A DNA stretch of 64,000 nt from Protoeuglena noctilucae (Eukaryota). The position numbers and the translations under genes are program-made. The stretch covers positions 1,550,001 through 1,614,000 of the forward strand of contig OY253672.1 of NCBI GenBank assembly GCA_958009085.1, written 5' to 3'. A model generated the notes under the pieces. It saw only the letters and a program-made list of their open reading frames with translations. It was not told the origin of the DNA and made no database searches. Below are positions 39,433 through 51,400 of this stretch, in pieces; positions within the stretch are counted from its first letter, which is position 1, and each line of letters begins with the position of its first letter.

Positions 39433-42400
39433 TCACTTGGCCTCATACCACGTGTCTGCCACCTTGCAATCCACCGCCAGCTTCACCCTCAGCCAGTCCC
39501 TCTCCACGTCTGCTGTTTCAAACGGATTCTCCATGCACCGAACCACAATGGCCTTCGCTTCTTCAGCTGTCTCACGGGGACCCTCCAAAATGACCTCATC
39601 GTGCACCTGAGGGATGAGGGGGTGGTGAGGGTGGGGGTGGGGGTGAGGGTGGCGTTAAGCGTGGTGGAGGGACCACACATCCACCCACCCACCCACACCC
39701 TGCCCCCCCCAACTCACCTGCAGCAGCAGCTTCCACCCCATCTCCCTCAACCGCGGGTGCCTCCATATCTTGACCATGCACGCCGTGGCCACATCCGCCG
39801 CCGATCCCTGGATGGGGGTGTTGATGGCGGCGCGCATGGCGTGACCGGAGGACTTTGCGTTGCTTGATGAGGCATCGGGCAGGCGGCGGCGGCGGCCCAG
39901 CATCGTGGGGACGTAGCCGCCCAAAGGACCGGAAGACTCTGGGGGTGGGTGGCAGTGGGGGTGGCAGTGGGGGTGGTGATATGGGTGGCAGTGGGGGTGG
40001 CAGTGGGGGTAGGATAGTGGGTGAATGTAGTCAGGGCGGTAAGGGAGTTGGTGGGCCATCGGTGTGAAAGTGCATGTGTGCGGTTGTTCATAACCCCGCA
40101 AGCGCATCACCCCTCCCCCCCCCCACACACACACTCACTCGCTTTGCTCCTCATGCGTTCCTGCCACTCCCCCACCTCCCTCCTCGCTTTATACCACTTC
40201 TGAATCGTCGCCTCCGCCTCCTCCTTCGTCACCCCAAAGTCATTCGCGAGCCCAAAGGCGGTCTTGCCATACGCGAGGCTAAAGTTGAGGATCTTGGCCC
40301 GCCGCCTCTCAGACGCAAACACGTCTTTTACCAATGGCCGGGGCGGGGGATCGTGCCCCGACTCCCCCCCATCCCACTCCAGAAGCACCTCCCCCCCCTC
40401 CACTGCCTTTGCGATGTGATCGTACATAGACAACGCCGTGCGGGAGTGGAAGTCCCCGCCCAATCGAAACGCCTCCACCATGCTCTCGCATCCAGCCATA
40501 TGCGCCAACAGTCGCAGCTCCAATTGACCGTAGTCAGCCACCACCAGCGTGTGGCCTTTGGAAGTATCGGCTCGGAATGCCTTGCGTATCTGGTATCGGT
40601 CTTTCTCCAGCGCTGGCTGGTTCTGCAGGTTGGGGCGGCGGGCGCTCAGGCGACCCGTCTCTGCGAGTGGGGGGGTGGGGGGGTGGGGGGTGAGGGTGGG
40701 TAGTGAGGGGATGAGGAGTGGGGTTGAGTAGTGAGGGAATGGGGGTTGGGTAGTGAGGGGTGGGGAATGAGGGTGAGGGGGTGGGCGAGCATAAGACACA
40801 TCGTCACATTGCCATGCATATACGTGCTGCATGCTGCTATCTTGCAACTAGCAAACTACATATCACATATCATCGATGCTCTATGTGCGCTGCCCCCTCG
40901 CCTGTGTTGAGGTTGAGGGAGCAGTGGACGCGTCGGTCGGGGGTGGCGATGTCGTCGCCCTGAAGTGGGATGATGAAGTTGCTGAGGAGAGTCTCTGAGA
41001 TGGGGGAGAGAGGGAGTGATGAGAGGCGTTGTGATGGTAGAGGGTGCTCGTATTACATGACGCGGACTGACATGCGCATCACCGCACTCTCTACCACTCT
41101 ACCACTCTCGCACACACAGCATGTCCACCACTGCCACTCCCACACTGCACAGCATGTCCACCACTGCCACTCCCACACTGCACAGTACTATCCACAACTG
41201 CACTCACCAATCGCCGACACCTCGCACAGCATGTCCATCGCCGCGCACCCCTCCAGCCCCAGCTGCCCCCCCCCGCACGCCTCATACATCTTGCCCAAGC
41301 CATGCTGCCTGGCATACGCAGCCAACTCCCCCCTCTCTCTCTCCGTCAATGCATAGTAGCCGCTGCCCAAGGGTGGGCGAGAGGGAAGGGCATTCTCGTC
41401 CACCCCATCCCCGCCACTCTCCCCCACAGCCACCGTAGCTGTGCTGTCACTGCCACCCTCACTACCCACCCCCTCCGCACCCCCACTCTCCCCCACCTCC
41501 TCACTCCCACTCTCTGCCGCCCCTTTCTTCTTCCTACCCCTCCCACCCCGCCCCTTGCCACCCTTCCCACCCTTACTCGCACTCGCACCCTCCACCACCA
41601 CCCCCTCCTCCCCACTCCCCTCACCCTCCCCACTCTCCCCATCCATGCTACCCCCCACCACCATCCCATCCCCCCCATCCATCCCCATTCCCTCCCCATC
41701 CTCATCACCCCCCAACATCGGCGCATTGGCATCCACATCCCGACACAGCACGCTGTCCGGAAATCGCTCCTTCAGCAGCCGCAGCGCCGCGCCGCTCTTC
41801 CCCGCCAATCCCCGCAACACGGGTGTACCCGCAGCCGGCGCCCCGCCCTTGGTGAAAGTGACGGGACGCACGCAATGCGGCAGCATCACCTCCCCGTCCG
41901 GCCCTATCCCCCACAAACACTCCAGCGACACCTCCCAGGTCTTGGCAGGCCGCCGCTGCCCCTCCCGCACCAGCCCCCACACGTTGTCCACCCGAAATGC
42001 GCGGGAGGGTGCGGGGCGCGGGGGTGAGCCCCTGCCCCTCTCTGGCGGCTTGCCCACTCCCCCAAACAGCAGCTGCTGCAGCTGCGCGGTGCTCTGGACG
42101 TTCATGCGCGCCGCTCCCGGCGCAAACACGGCTGCCCATTCCTTAAACCTTCGCGTCGCATCAGCCGCGTGCCCTTGCGCCTGCTCCATCGCACTCCTCA
42201 GGTGCTCCCGGTCCACCAGGAAGCCCTCTTTCTCCATATCTGTGAGCACTTCCCCGAATGGCATCCACACGGCCCGGTACACGTCCCACAGCGATCGTGT
42301 GTCTGGGAAGAGCGAGTCGCGGAGGCAGGCATCGATGTCATTGTGGGCGGGGCAGTCCATGAGAGAGCCCTCGAGTTGGTGGCGGAGCATCCAGGTGGCG

Positions 42401-45159
42401 ACTGGGGAGAGGGGAGGGGGGGGGGGGGGGGGGGGGGGAGTGGGTGGGTAGTGTGTTGTGGGGGGGAGATGGGGAGGGATGGGGTGGCGCATGCATGCAC
42501 ATTGAGGCTGCCTTAGTGCGTAAGGGGAGAGCCGTTGTGACCAAAGGCAGACATAAGGTATGGGCTGCTTGCAAGAGTGTCTAGTTTACCTCTCTGTCAC
42601 TCTCATCCACTCTTAGTCACACTCGATCCAACCCCCCTCACCCACTGTCACACTCAACCACATCCCCCCCCCCCCCCCACACTCACCCGCATCGTGCGCC
42701 GAGTACTCGATCCACCTCCCCCTCGTCAGCGGCCCCGCCTGCAGCGCCTCAACCCCGGGCATCCACCTTGCCTTCCCCAGCTCCCCGTCCTTCTTCACTT
42801 TATTACGCGAAAACAGCGTCTTCATGTCGGTCTTGCCGCGGAAGCCCTTGGGCATTAACGTCGCGTCGGATGTGAGGGAATCGAGGGCAAAAGATGCCCG
42901 CGAGGTGTCCAGCAGCCTCGCCATATGAAGCGTGTCGCCCGCGAAGCCACGCACCGCGACCCCCTCGTTCTCCAGCACGTGGCGGTCGAACCCGTAGTTG
43001 TGCCACACCTTGCGCACGCCCTCGTCACCGAAGAACCTCCCCAGCGCCGCCAGCATCTCGCCCCTCCGCTCCCCGCTCAGATCCACCCACAGCACGTCCT
43101 GCGCCACCCCCGCCCGCCCCTCGCTCAAGTCCAGCCCCGGCCCGCCATACACCGACAGGCAGATCACGCGCCCGTGCCCCACGGGGCTCTGCCTGGCCAG
43201 GTCGATGTCAGCGACCTCCGTGTCGCAAGCGTAGACGCGGCTGCGGTGGTGCTTGGTGGTCATGAGGCGAACGGCCGCCGCCGCTTCCTCGTAGTTGGCG
43301 TCTGTCACGCACAGCACGTTCTTGGGGGGGTCCACGGGCCAGGTGGGGTCGGACAGGCGAGACTTGGGGTGGGGTGGGGGAGTGGGGGGGTGTTAGGAGT
43401 GGTATGGAGTGGGTGAGGGTAGTGAGTAGGGGTGGGGAGAGGGTAGTGAGTGAGGGGAGGAGGGTGGGGCAGAGAGGGAAGCGAGCGGGCAGTGGGGCGA
43501 TGAGGATGGGATGTGGTGAGTGGGGCGATGAGGGACGGCAACAGCGTTGACAGGCCTCGTCACATTCAACTCATACCAACCCCCCTTGTCATCCACGTCA
43601 CTCACGTGCACCCACAGGTCTGCCACTCACACCACATTCCACCCCATCCACCCCTCTCACCTGCACCCGCGAAACTGCCAGTCACACCATCCTCATCCAC
43701 CCCCCTCACCATCTACGATGTCTATTACAATATCCCCAAGCCCTCCCCCCCTCACCTGCACCCACGGATCCGCCAGCTCCGCCTCGTCCGTCAGCCCAAT
43801 CACCGCCGCCAGCTCCTCCCCCGTCAGCCCCGGCGGACGGCGGCCCCTGGGGTCCCCCGCCGCATCCCACGCGGCCTGCAGTGCGGGGATGGCGCGGTCC
43901 ACCGCCGCGCGATCCTCACGGAGCTGCATAGGCGGGGAGAAGAGGTGAGCACAGGTGAGTGACGATGTCATTGTCATCAGTTACAATAACACGCACCCGC
44001 GCCCCCGCCTCTGGTCGACCGAACACCGTGACACGCTACTAATGATACATTAACCACTTGCTAACAGTCACCAACATCAATGTCATTACTATCAGCTGTA
44101 ATCATGCAACATGCACCGTGCATACACCCACGCCACCCCCCCCCCCCCCCCCCCCACCTTGTCGATGTAAGCTCGGTACTCTGGCGATCCCCCCGCTAAG
44201 ATGCGCTCTGCCGTCTCCCAGTCGTCCCCTTCCACTCTCACACCGCCACCACCACGGCTATTCAGCACTGCCGAGGGTGGGTGTTGCATGTCCGGTGTTG
44301 AGTCGTGAGCATGCTGGGGGGCAGGCAAGGAGTCCCGTGTGCCGTGGGCAGCCACCTCCGCCCCTGGTGCCACTCTGTTGCCGGGGTGCGTCGCGGTCGG
44401 TCCGTTCGCATGAACGGGATGTGGGCCGCGGGTGGGGGGGACGCGGGGACTGCCGGCGGGGGGGTGGCTGGGATGGGGAGAGGTCGGCATGGGATGGACA
44501 GGGCTAGGCATGGGATGGGGAGCGGCCCCAAGGGACCTAGTCCCCTCGCCCGGCCCGGCCAGCCCCCCAACGCTTGAACTGGGTAACATGCCCAGCGGCT
44601 TGCTTGGGCGTTGAGAGAAGGAGGGGACACCCCCGGACATGCCGCGCCCATCTGCAGTCGTTCCGGCCGTCGGCGGCAGCCCCCTCGCGCCCGCACCCGC
44701 CGCCCCTGGGTGGAGTAGCCGGGGAGTGTTGGGGGAGTTGGGCTGAAACACCTCCCCACGCCTCTGCGCAATGAGCGCGCCCTCCCATGGCGGTCGGTCC
44801 GCACGCGACCCCATGGATCGCTGTGTGCTCGCGGGGGCGGGGACGGGTAAATGGAGGCGGCGGGGAGTGGAGGGCGCGCCGCGGTCCGCGGGGGGCGGGG
44901 CGCGGGGGCCGCTGGGGTCCTCAGCGCGCGGTGGGTCCGAAGCAGGGCGGAGGTCGCGGGGTGTCCTCCCCAGCAGCCACCCCCGGAGGGCGCGGGTGCG
45001 CGAGCGCATGGCTGGGGCGGGGAGGGGAAGGGGCGTGAGCGGGGGAGCTGCGCGGGGCGGGGGATGCGGCAGCGGGGGCGCTCGCATACCTACACCGCGG
45101 ATGGCGCAGCGGGACGAGTGGCGGGCCCCAGTGTCCGAGAGGCCCACGGCGCTGGGCAT
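39433..45159 (-). CDS. Plant/protist organellar DNA polymerase (POP, family A) with 3'-5' exonuclease; 5' end approximate
   Basis: Exonuclease motifs ACDTE, KVWHNYGFDRH and YSAHDA. Polymerase motifs SLNLNTETGRLSARRPNLQNQP, VADYGQLELR, RRRAKILNFSLAYG, AINTPIQGSAAD and LLLQVHDE. C-terminus WYEAK* is typical of POP. Confidence 0.93.
39943..40010 (+). repeat. GGGTGGCAGTGG minisatellite in a POP intron, same family as 35120-35276
   Basis: A 35-nt block at 39971-40005 is identical to 35240-35274. Confidence 0.85.
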
Positions 45160-45863
45160 CGTCAGATGCACACGCCGCCGGGCGAGACGGGACGGCCGCT
45201 GCGATGCCCGGGCGGAGAAGGGAGGGCGCCTGCGCGCAGGGCTCGCACGGCACCGATGGGCGGGGCGCTTGGCGGTTGTCGCGGCCCCCGCGACGCAGCG
45301 TCAAGTCGATCCTCGTTTAACAAACAGTCCGCGGTCCCGCGGCAGCTCACGGAGGCCGCGGCGGGGCGCGACGCACCTTCGGTTGACGTTGTCCCTGCTA
45401 AGAAGGAACTACTGCTGTGCGACGCGACCGCGAGGTCACTGTCGCAGGTGTCGATCCAGCACTGCGAGTAGCGGCGCTGGAAGCCGGGCTGGAGCCGAGC
45501 TTTCGCAGCGTCGCACGGAGCCAAGCGGGAGCTTCCACCAGCGGGCTAGGACGTCTGCCGCTGAACAGGTACGCGTGGATGGCCACGAACATTGCCCAGC
45601 GCCTGCGATGGAGCCACGAGCTTGAAGTCTCGGGGACCGGGCAAGGTCGGTTTCTGGCGCGCAGTGCCATCGCGGTTTCCGCGGGCCCGGAACCCCGACG
45701 CGTGGTTGCGATGGCCAGTTTGTCTCCGGGGAGAGCTGCTGTCGTACATGGACTCGGTGTTGAGGACATCGCGGGGAGGAAATTGACGCGGAAACCCGCA
45801 GGTCGAGCGAGGGGGGCCTGGAAACTCCCAAGGACTTTTAGCAGCCTGAAATAGCTCGAAGCC

Positions 45864-47439
45864 ATGCAGTCGGGGTACGGGGCCCAGGCGTACGGGCAGC
45901 GCGACGGGTTTGGAGGTGAGCTGCTCTCTCGCCCGATCTCTGCGCTGTCGGGCCTTCCCAGACGCGATGGATGGATGCACGGTGCAGAATGTGGGCTTGA
46001 GCCGCGCTGACTGCTGCAGGGATCCCTACCGGGGCGCTGCGCAGCGCGGTGTGTGCCTCGTCGCCCCGTCGTTGCTTCTGGCCCGTGTTTACGCGTGCCC
46101 CCCGCTTCCTGCTGCGCAGGGAGTGTCTACGGCGGTTACGCCCCGTCTCAGGCTCAGCAGGCGCCCTACAGCCAGGCTTATCCGGCCCAGCAGGCGGGGT
46201 ACGGGGCGCCAAATGCCAGGTGAGAGAGGCCAGCTAGCTCCCGCCCGTCTCGCGGCCTCCGCTTGCGTCCAAGCGCTCTTTACTGGACATCTGCAGTAAT
46301 GCTCTGCTTTCACTCACTCGCATGGTCGCATGCGCCTAAGGCCGACGGCCCCTCCGTGCTCGCAGCCGGTACGGTGCGCCCCCTCAGCCCTCAATGGCCT
46401 CCACCTACGCCTACTCGTCCCCCGGGCAGTACGGCAGCCAGGGCGGGTACGGCGCCCCCGCTCCCGGCGCGTACGGCCAGCCCCAGGGCTACGACGCGCA
46501 GGGGTACGGGGGGCAGGGCTACGAGGCCCAGGCGGCTCCCGCGGCAGACCCCGGCGATGACCACCTGGCCGCGGGGCCGGAGAACGGGATGCCGCGCGTG
46601 GCGGCGTGCCCGCCCCTGGTGAACGCCTTCAACCTGAAGAAGCTCCCCGGCTTTGACCACGGATACTACCAGACGGTGCGGGGGCGACTGAAGGCGGCCC
46701 TGGCGCAGGCGCCGGCCGCGGGGGAGGACGCAGGGGCGGCGGCGGCGCAGGCGGAGGCGGCGGCGCTGCGGGCGGAGGTGGCCAAGCTGCGCGCGGAGTC
46801 GGAGCGAGCCAAGCGGGAGGCGACGACGGCGCGGGAGGGGGCAGCCGAGGTGGAGCGTCTGCGGAAGGAGAACCAGGAGCTGCGGGGGGAGGTGCAGCGG
46901 CTGCGGACGGCGGGTGGCGGGGGCGGCGGGGACGGGGGCGAGGCGGCGGCGGAGCGTGATGCGTTGAAGGCGCAGCTGAGCAAGGCCAAGGCGGAGATCC
47001 AGTCGCTGCAGGTGGGTGTGGGTTTGTGTGTCTTACATGATGCAGGCTATGCATGTTCCGATGCGTGGGGACGTCAGCGCTCTTGCTGCCCCTCGTATGT
47101 GCAGGAGCGGCTCAACGTGTACGAGGGCGGCGACGAGGACGAGGGGGCAGGGAACGACGCAGGCGAGGATAGCTAGCGCGGGGAAGCACTAAGAATGCTT
47201 GAGGTGCTCCTGGGCATGGCTCTGCTAAGCATGGGACAGCTGTGCTTGCAGGGGCGGAGCATGCGGCCATGCAGATGCAGGGGATGCACGTCGGCGAGGA
47301 CGCAGCGGCCGCGCAGGATGGGTCCGCGTGGGGTCCCGGGGGCGCCGCGTGGGGCGGGGATGCGGCCGGGTGGGGGCAGGGCCAGATGGGGGGGCAGGAT
47401 GGCGGTGCGGGCGGCAACGGTGGCTGGGGCGAGTTCTAG
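45864..47439 (+). CDS. Unknown protein: Y/G/Q/P-rich low-complexity N-terminus, central coiled coil, WG-rich tail ending GWGEF
   Basis: Exons MQSGYGAQAYGQ..., SVYGGYAPSQAQQAPY..., ORF 46394-47011, 47105-47162 and 47252-47439 join in phase. The use of small exons near 45960-46050 is unresolved. Confidence 0.7.
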
Positions 47440-47559
47440 GCGGCGATTGCAGGAGTAGAGCCGAGAGGGCCTAACGTCTTCGTTCAAGAGTTATAGTTCC
47501 TGCTTCACATGCATCCATTGCCATCGTCAGTGTCACTGCCACTGGTTGGCAGTGGTCAA

Positions 47560-48171
47560 TCACTTGCGCGGCACCGCCTTGGACCCTCCCTTCACGATGG
47601 TGGACTTGACGGACGTCTTGCCGCCGCTGAGGGAGCCTTTGTTCTGCGGGCCGGGTCCTTCTTTGGCAAACTTTCCCGCACTGGCCTGGGTGCGGAGGGC
47701 GCAGGGCGACGCATGGCGCGGCGCTCACCTGCCCGAACACGCGCTTGTCTCGCTCCTGCATCTGCTTGGCCGCATCGTCGCCCGGCTTGAGGAAGGCCGG
47801 GACCGCGGCCGAGGCAGCGACGGCGACGGCGACGGCCCTGCATAGCATCAGGCCAGGGAAGGTCACTCTCGGTCGGTGTCCCTGGCCGCGCGATATCCGC
47901 GATGAGATGGAGAACGCAGGCGTCTGCGATGCTCACGCGAGAGGAAGGACCCAGCCGGGGGCATCGACGGAGCCGGGGGCGGCGTCCGCCAGCTGCATCA
48001 GCTCGATCGGGAGCGCGCGGGGAGCGGGCGCCCTCCGAACGGCCCGCGGGGCCTGCGAGGCGGACCAGGGCAGCGCGTCATGGAAAGTCGGCTGAAATGA
48101 GTCTTGCGCAGGGTGCTCCGTTTGCTCACCGTCGTAAACGTTGGACAGGTCACAAATGCGCACGCGACCAT
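47560..48171 (-). CDS. Small plastid-targeted single-TM protein of unknown function (4 exons)
   Basis: Phase-consistent GT-AG splicing gives MVACAFVTCPTFTT-APRAVRRAPAPRALPIELMQLADAAPGSVDAPGWVLPLAAVAVAVAASAAVPAFLKPGDDAAKQMQERDKRVFGQ-ASAGKFAKEG...KAVPRK*. Confidence 0.7.
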
Positions 48172-48442
48172 CTTGACGCAGCGCTGGGAGCCCGACGAGA
48201 TCAACGATCTGACGAGATTGGTTCAATGAAATTCCAGATTGACGCTCAACGGGGCCGTAGCGCCCTCAAATTCGGTGGATGGAGCGTGTGACTTGCGCAT
48301 GCGACTGGCACCAGCGAAACCGCCCGCGCATTTCCACGAGGAAAGTCCTCAGCCTTCTCAGGTGTTCCAACTCCAGTGTTTGGTGCGGTCGTGGGGTCTG
48401 TTGGAGTACTCGCCAGGGATGTGGACACCGTGGTGAAGGAGA

Positions 48443-51400
48443 ATGCCGCTCCTCAACGCTTGCGCCATCTGCGCTAAGCCCGCGGAGTTCCGATGCAGCA
48501 GGTGAGGTGTTTTTCTCGACGGGCAGCGTGGGCTGTCCGTCGACCGTGTCGATGATCGGCCCTGGCCCACTGCTGCACTGCTTGCGCTCTCACCGCCACA
48601 GGTGCAAGCGCGTGTTCTACTGCTCCGCGGATTGCCAGAAGGACGGTTGGGCTGATCACAAGTCGGAGTGTGGCAAACGGGCGGAGGACAGCGAGGCTGG
48701 CCCATCTGCTAGGGTTGCGGCCTCAACGGCACAGGCGGGGCCCTCGCAGAGTGTCAGGGCCGGAGGATGGACCGTCGGTGTGCCTCATCCTATTGGGGGG
48801 CCCCAGGGTTCGGGACCCTTAGGCACGGCGTCGCCGGACAGCGACAGGCTCACACAGGGCGAGGGGTCGACCGCCTCCGCGGCCTCCTCTGCCCCTGCGG
48901 TCCCGGCTTCACCCACGCCAACTACGATCGGCGCTGTGGGGGACGGAACGCCTGGTCCGACCGCCTCGGAGCGCGGCAGCGGGACGTGGACGATAGGCCA
49001 GCATGCCCCCCGCCGCCCGCCCGGTGAGCCCTTCACACGCCACCGCGCTGCGTCGCAAGCTTCATCCTTGTCGCATGCGTTTGCTCGCCGCGTTGCGTGC
49101 CACGAGGTTGCGCGCTCGTTCCGCGACTCGGAGTAGCAAGGACGGCCCCTTTTACTCCCCGTCCCCGCCGCCCCCGGCTCCGTTGCAACGCGGCTGCACT
49201 GGTCGCGCTCGCAGGTGGTCCTCGGCCCCCCAGCCGCGCCTCCTCGACGGCCAGCCGCGCCCCCGCCCCGGCACGCTCAGCCTCTTCTGTTTCCTCCGCC
49301 CCTCGCAAGCCCTCCGCGGGCCGCGACGACTTGGAAGAGACGAGTGAGTGCACGGGGCGCATGTATAAACATGACAGAACATAACAGCAACGCACGCTTG
49401 TGGTTGCGAACCCTTCCGGTCCATCTTTGGCACCCATCCTTCGTATCGCACGCCACCCCTCATGCCCCTCCGCTGCAGTGGGCAACGACGGTCCATCTTC
49501 GTCCGCTGCGCCCTCGCCGTCCGCGCCGCGAAGAGTCCGGCCACCGAGCGCGAGCACGAGTTCCTCGCCGGGTCCCGCGGCGGCCACGCCTCGCCGCCCC
49601 CCCCTGGGCTCCTCGCCCGTCCGCACCCGCACCTCGGATGGGGTTACAGTCGCAACACGCGACGTGGAGGAGTCGAGATCGGTGCCGGGCAGAGAGTCAG
49701 TCGATGCGGTCGAGTCGGCGTCATCGGTGTCTCGCATGGCCTCATTCCGAGGCCACGCCCTCCGACCCCGCGCATCCGCCCGCCCCCCCTCCCGCACCGC
49801 GTCACTCCCCGCCCTGCGGGACGCTGCAGCGCGCGGACCTGCCGACGCCGACGCCGCCCCTTCCGCCGCCCCGCCCGTCGCTCCCCGCCCCTCCAGCCGC
49901 GGCCACACCAGCGCCCTCCACTCCTCCGCTAACCCCGCCAACCCCGCCTGCCGACCCCCGCGCGGCGCTGCCAGTGCTGCCCCGCTGCCAGAGGCGCCCA
50001 CCGTCGAGAACTCCCCGCTCAAAGCCGCCGCGACAGGCACTGCGAGTGCGACTGCCACTGCGAGTGCTACTGCCACTACCACACGCGGCCCCCTTCCCTT
50101 AGGTGAGTCGCCTTACGCCATGCCATGCCACTCATGCCCTATGCCACTCACCCTCACCCTCACTCCTAGCCTCTGCCCTCACTCCCCGCCACTCCTTTCA
50201 CAAGCACTCTCTATTACTCTTAATCACTCTCACTCCCTTACTGTTACTACCCCAGACTCGCTCCTGGGACCCCCGGACGCCTCTGCCAAGGCCCCGTCCT
50301 CTTCTCTCCACCCTGCCGGCGCGTCGAGCGTGGTGGTGGTCACGCGCCCAACCCCGCCCCCAAGTGCCTCCCCCGACCTCGTCCGCGGTCTGTGGGAGTC
50401 GCTGGGACTTGCCACCCCCGCCACGCCGCGCGAGAGGGACTGCACCATCGACGACCTGCCCACCGAGGTGAGACGGGACTCTTGTTCTAAATAGCCAAGC
50501 ACTCTCTGTTAACGGCACCATCGACGACCTGCCCACCGAGGTGAGACTGGTGCTCTTGTTAGCAAGGGCCACTCTTTGTTATTAATGGCTAAGCACTCTC
50601 TGTTAGCAATGACCGATCACTGAAGCTGAGTGGTGAGACCGGAGGTGTGAGAGCCATTTACTGTCATGTGTAATTCCCTTTCCCTGTCACCCCTTCTCCC
50701 TGTTACGCCCACTCCATCACCCCCTCTCCCCTCTCCCCCCCCCAGATCCTTGAAACCATCTTCTGGGCAGCAACCCCACTTGTTACGCACCCCATCAACC
50801 CCACTCTTATCACATCACACCCCCTCTCCCTCTCCCCTCTCCTCACAGATCCTCGAAACCATCTTCCAGCAGCTCCCCGCCCCCGACCTGGCCCGATGCG
50901 CCCTGGTCTGCCGCACCTGGCGAGCCCTGTCCGAGACATCCTTCCTGTGGCGGGGCATCACGGGCATCTCCGAGGATGACTTGAGAGCCGCAGCCGTGCC
51001 ACCCGGGGGTTTCTCCCCAGACGCACTGCCCCCCGAGACGGCGCGAGTGCTGCGGTGGGTGCGCGTGCACGGCGTCGATTTGGCCGACGCCGCCCGCGCG
51101 TTCCGGGCCATGGCTTCCCCCAAGCCCAGCATCCTGAAGGCGCTCCACGCCGCCCGCGCGCGCGTGGCCAACAACTGGCGGCTGGGCCGATTCCGCGCCC
51201 GCTCGGTGGCCCAACATCAGGGGACGGTGGAGGTGGTGCGGCTGGTGGAGACGCGCGCGCTGGGGGACGTGGTGGTGAGCGGGGGATGGGACGGGAAGGT
51301 GCTGTTGGTGTCGAGGGAATCGGGGCGCGTCCTCCGCACCTACTCTGCGCACGAGGGGTGGATCACGTGCATGGCGGTGGGGAGGGCGGTGATGGCGTCC

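Noticed and set aside
39433..45159. Family A polymerase as a viral or bacterial insertion
   Set aside because: It is intron-rich and carries POP-specific motifs, so it is the normal organellar replicase.
48100..48116. CCCTGCGCAAG on the minus strand resembling U6 snRNA
   Set aside because: An 11-nt match inside a short intron; the rest of U6 is absent.
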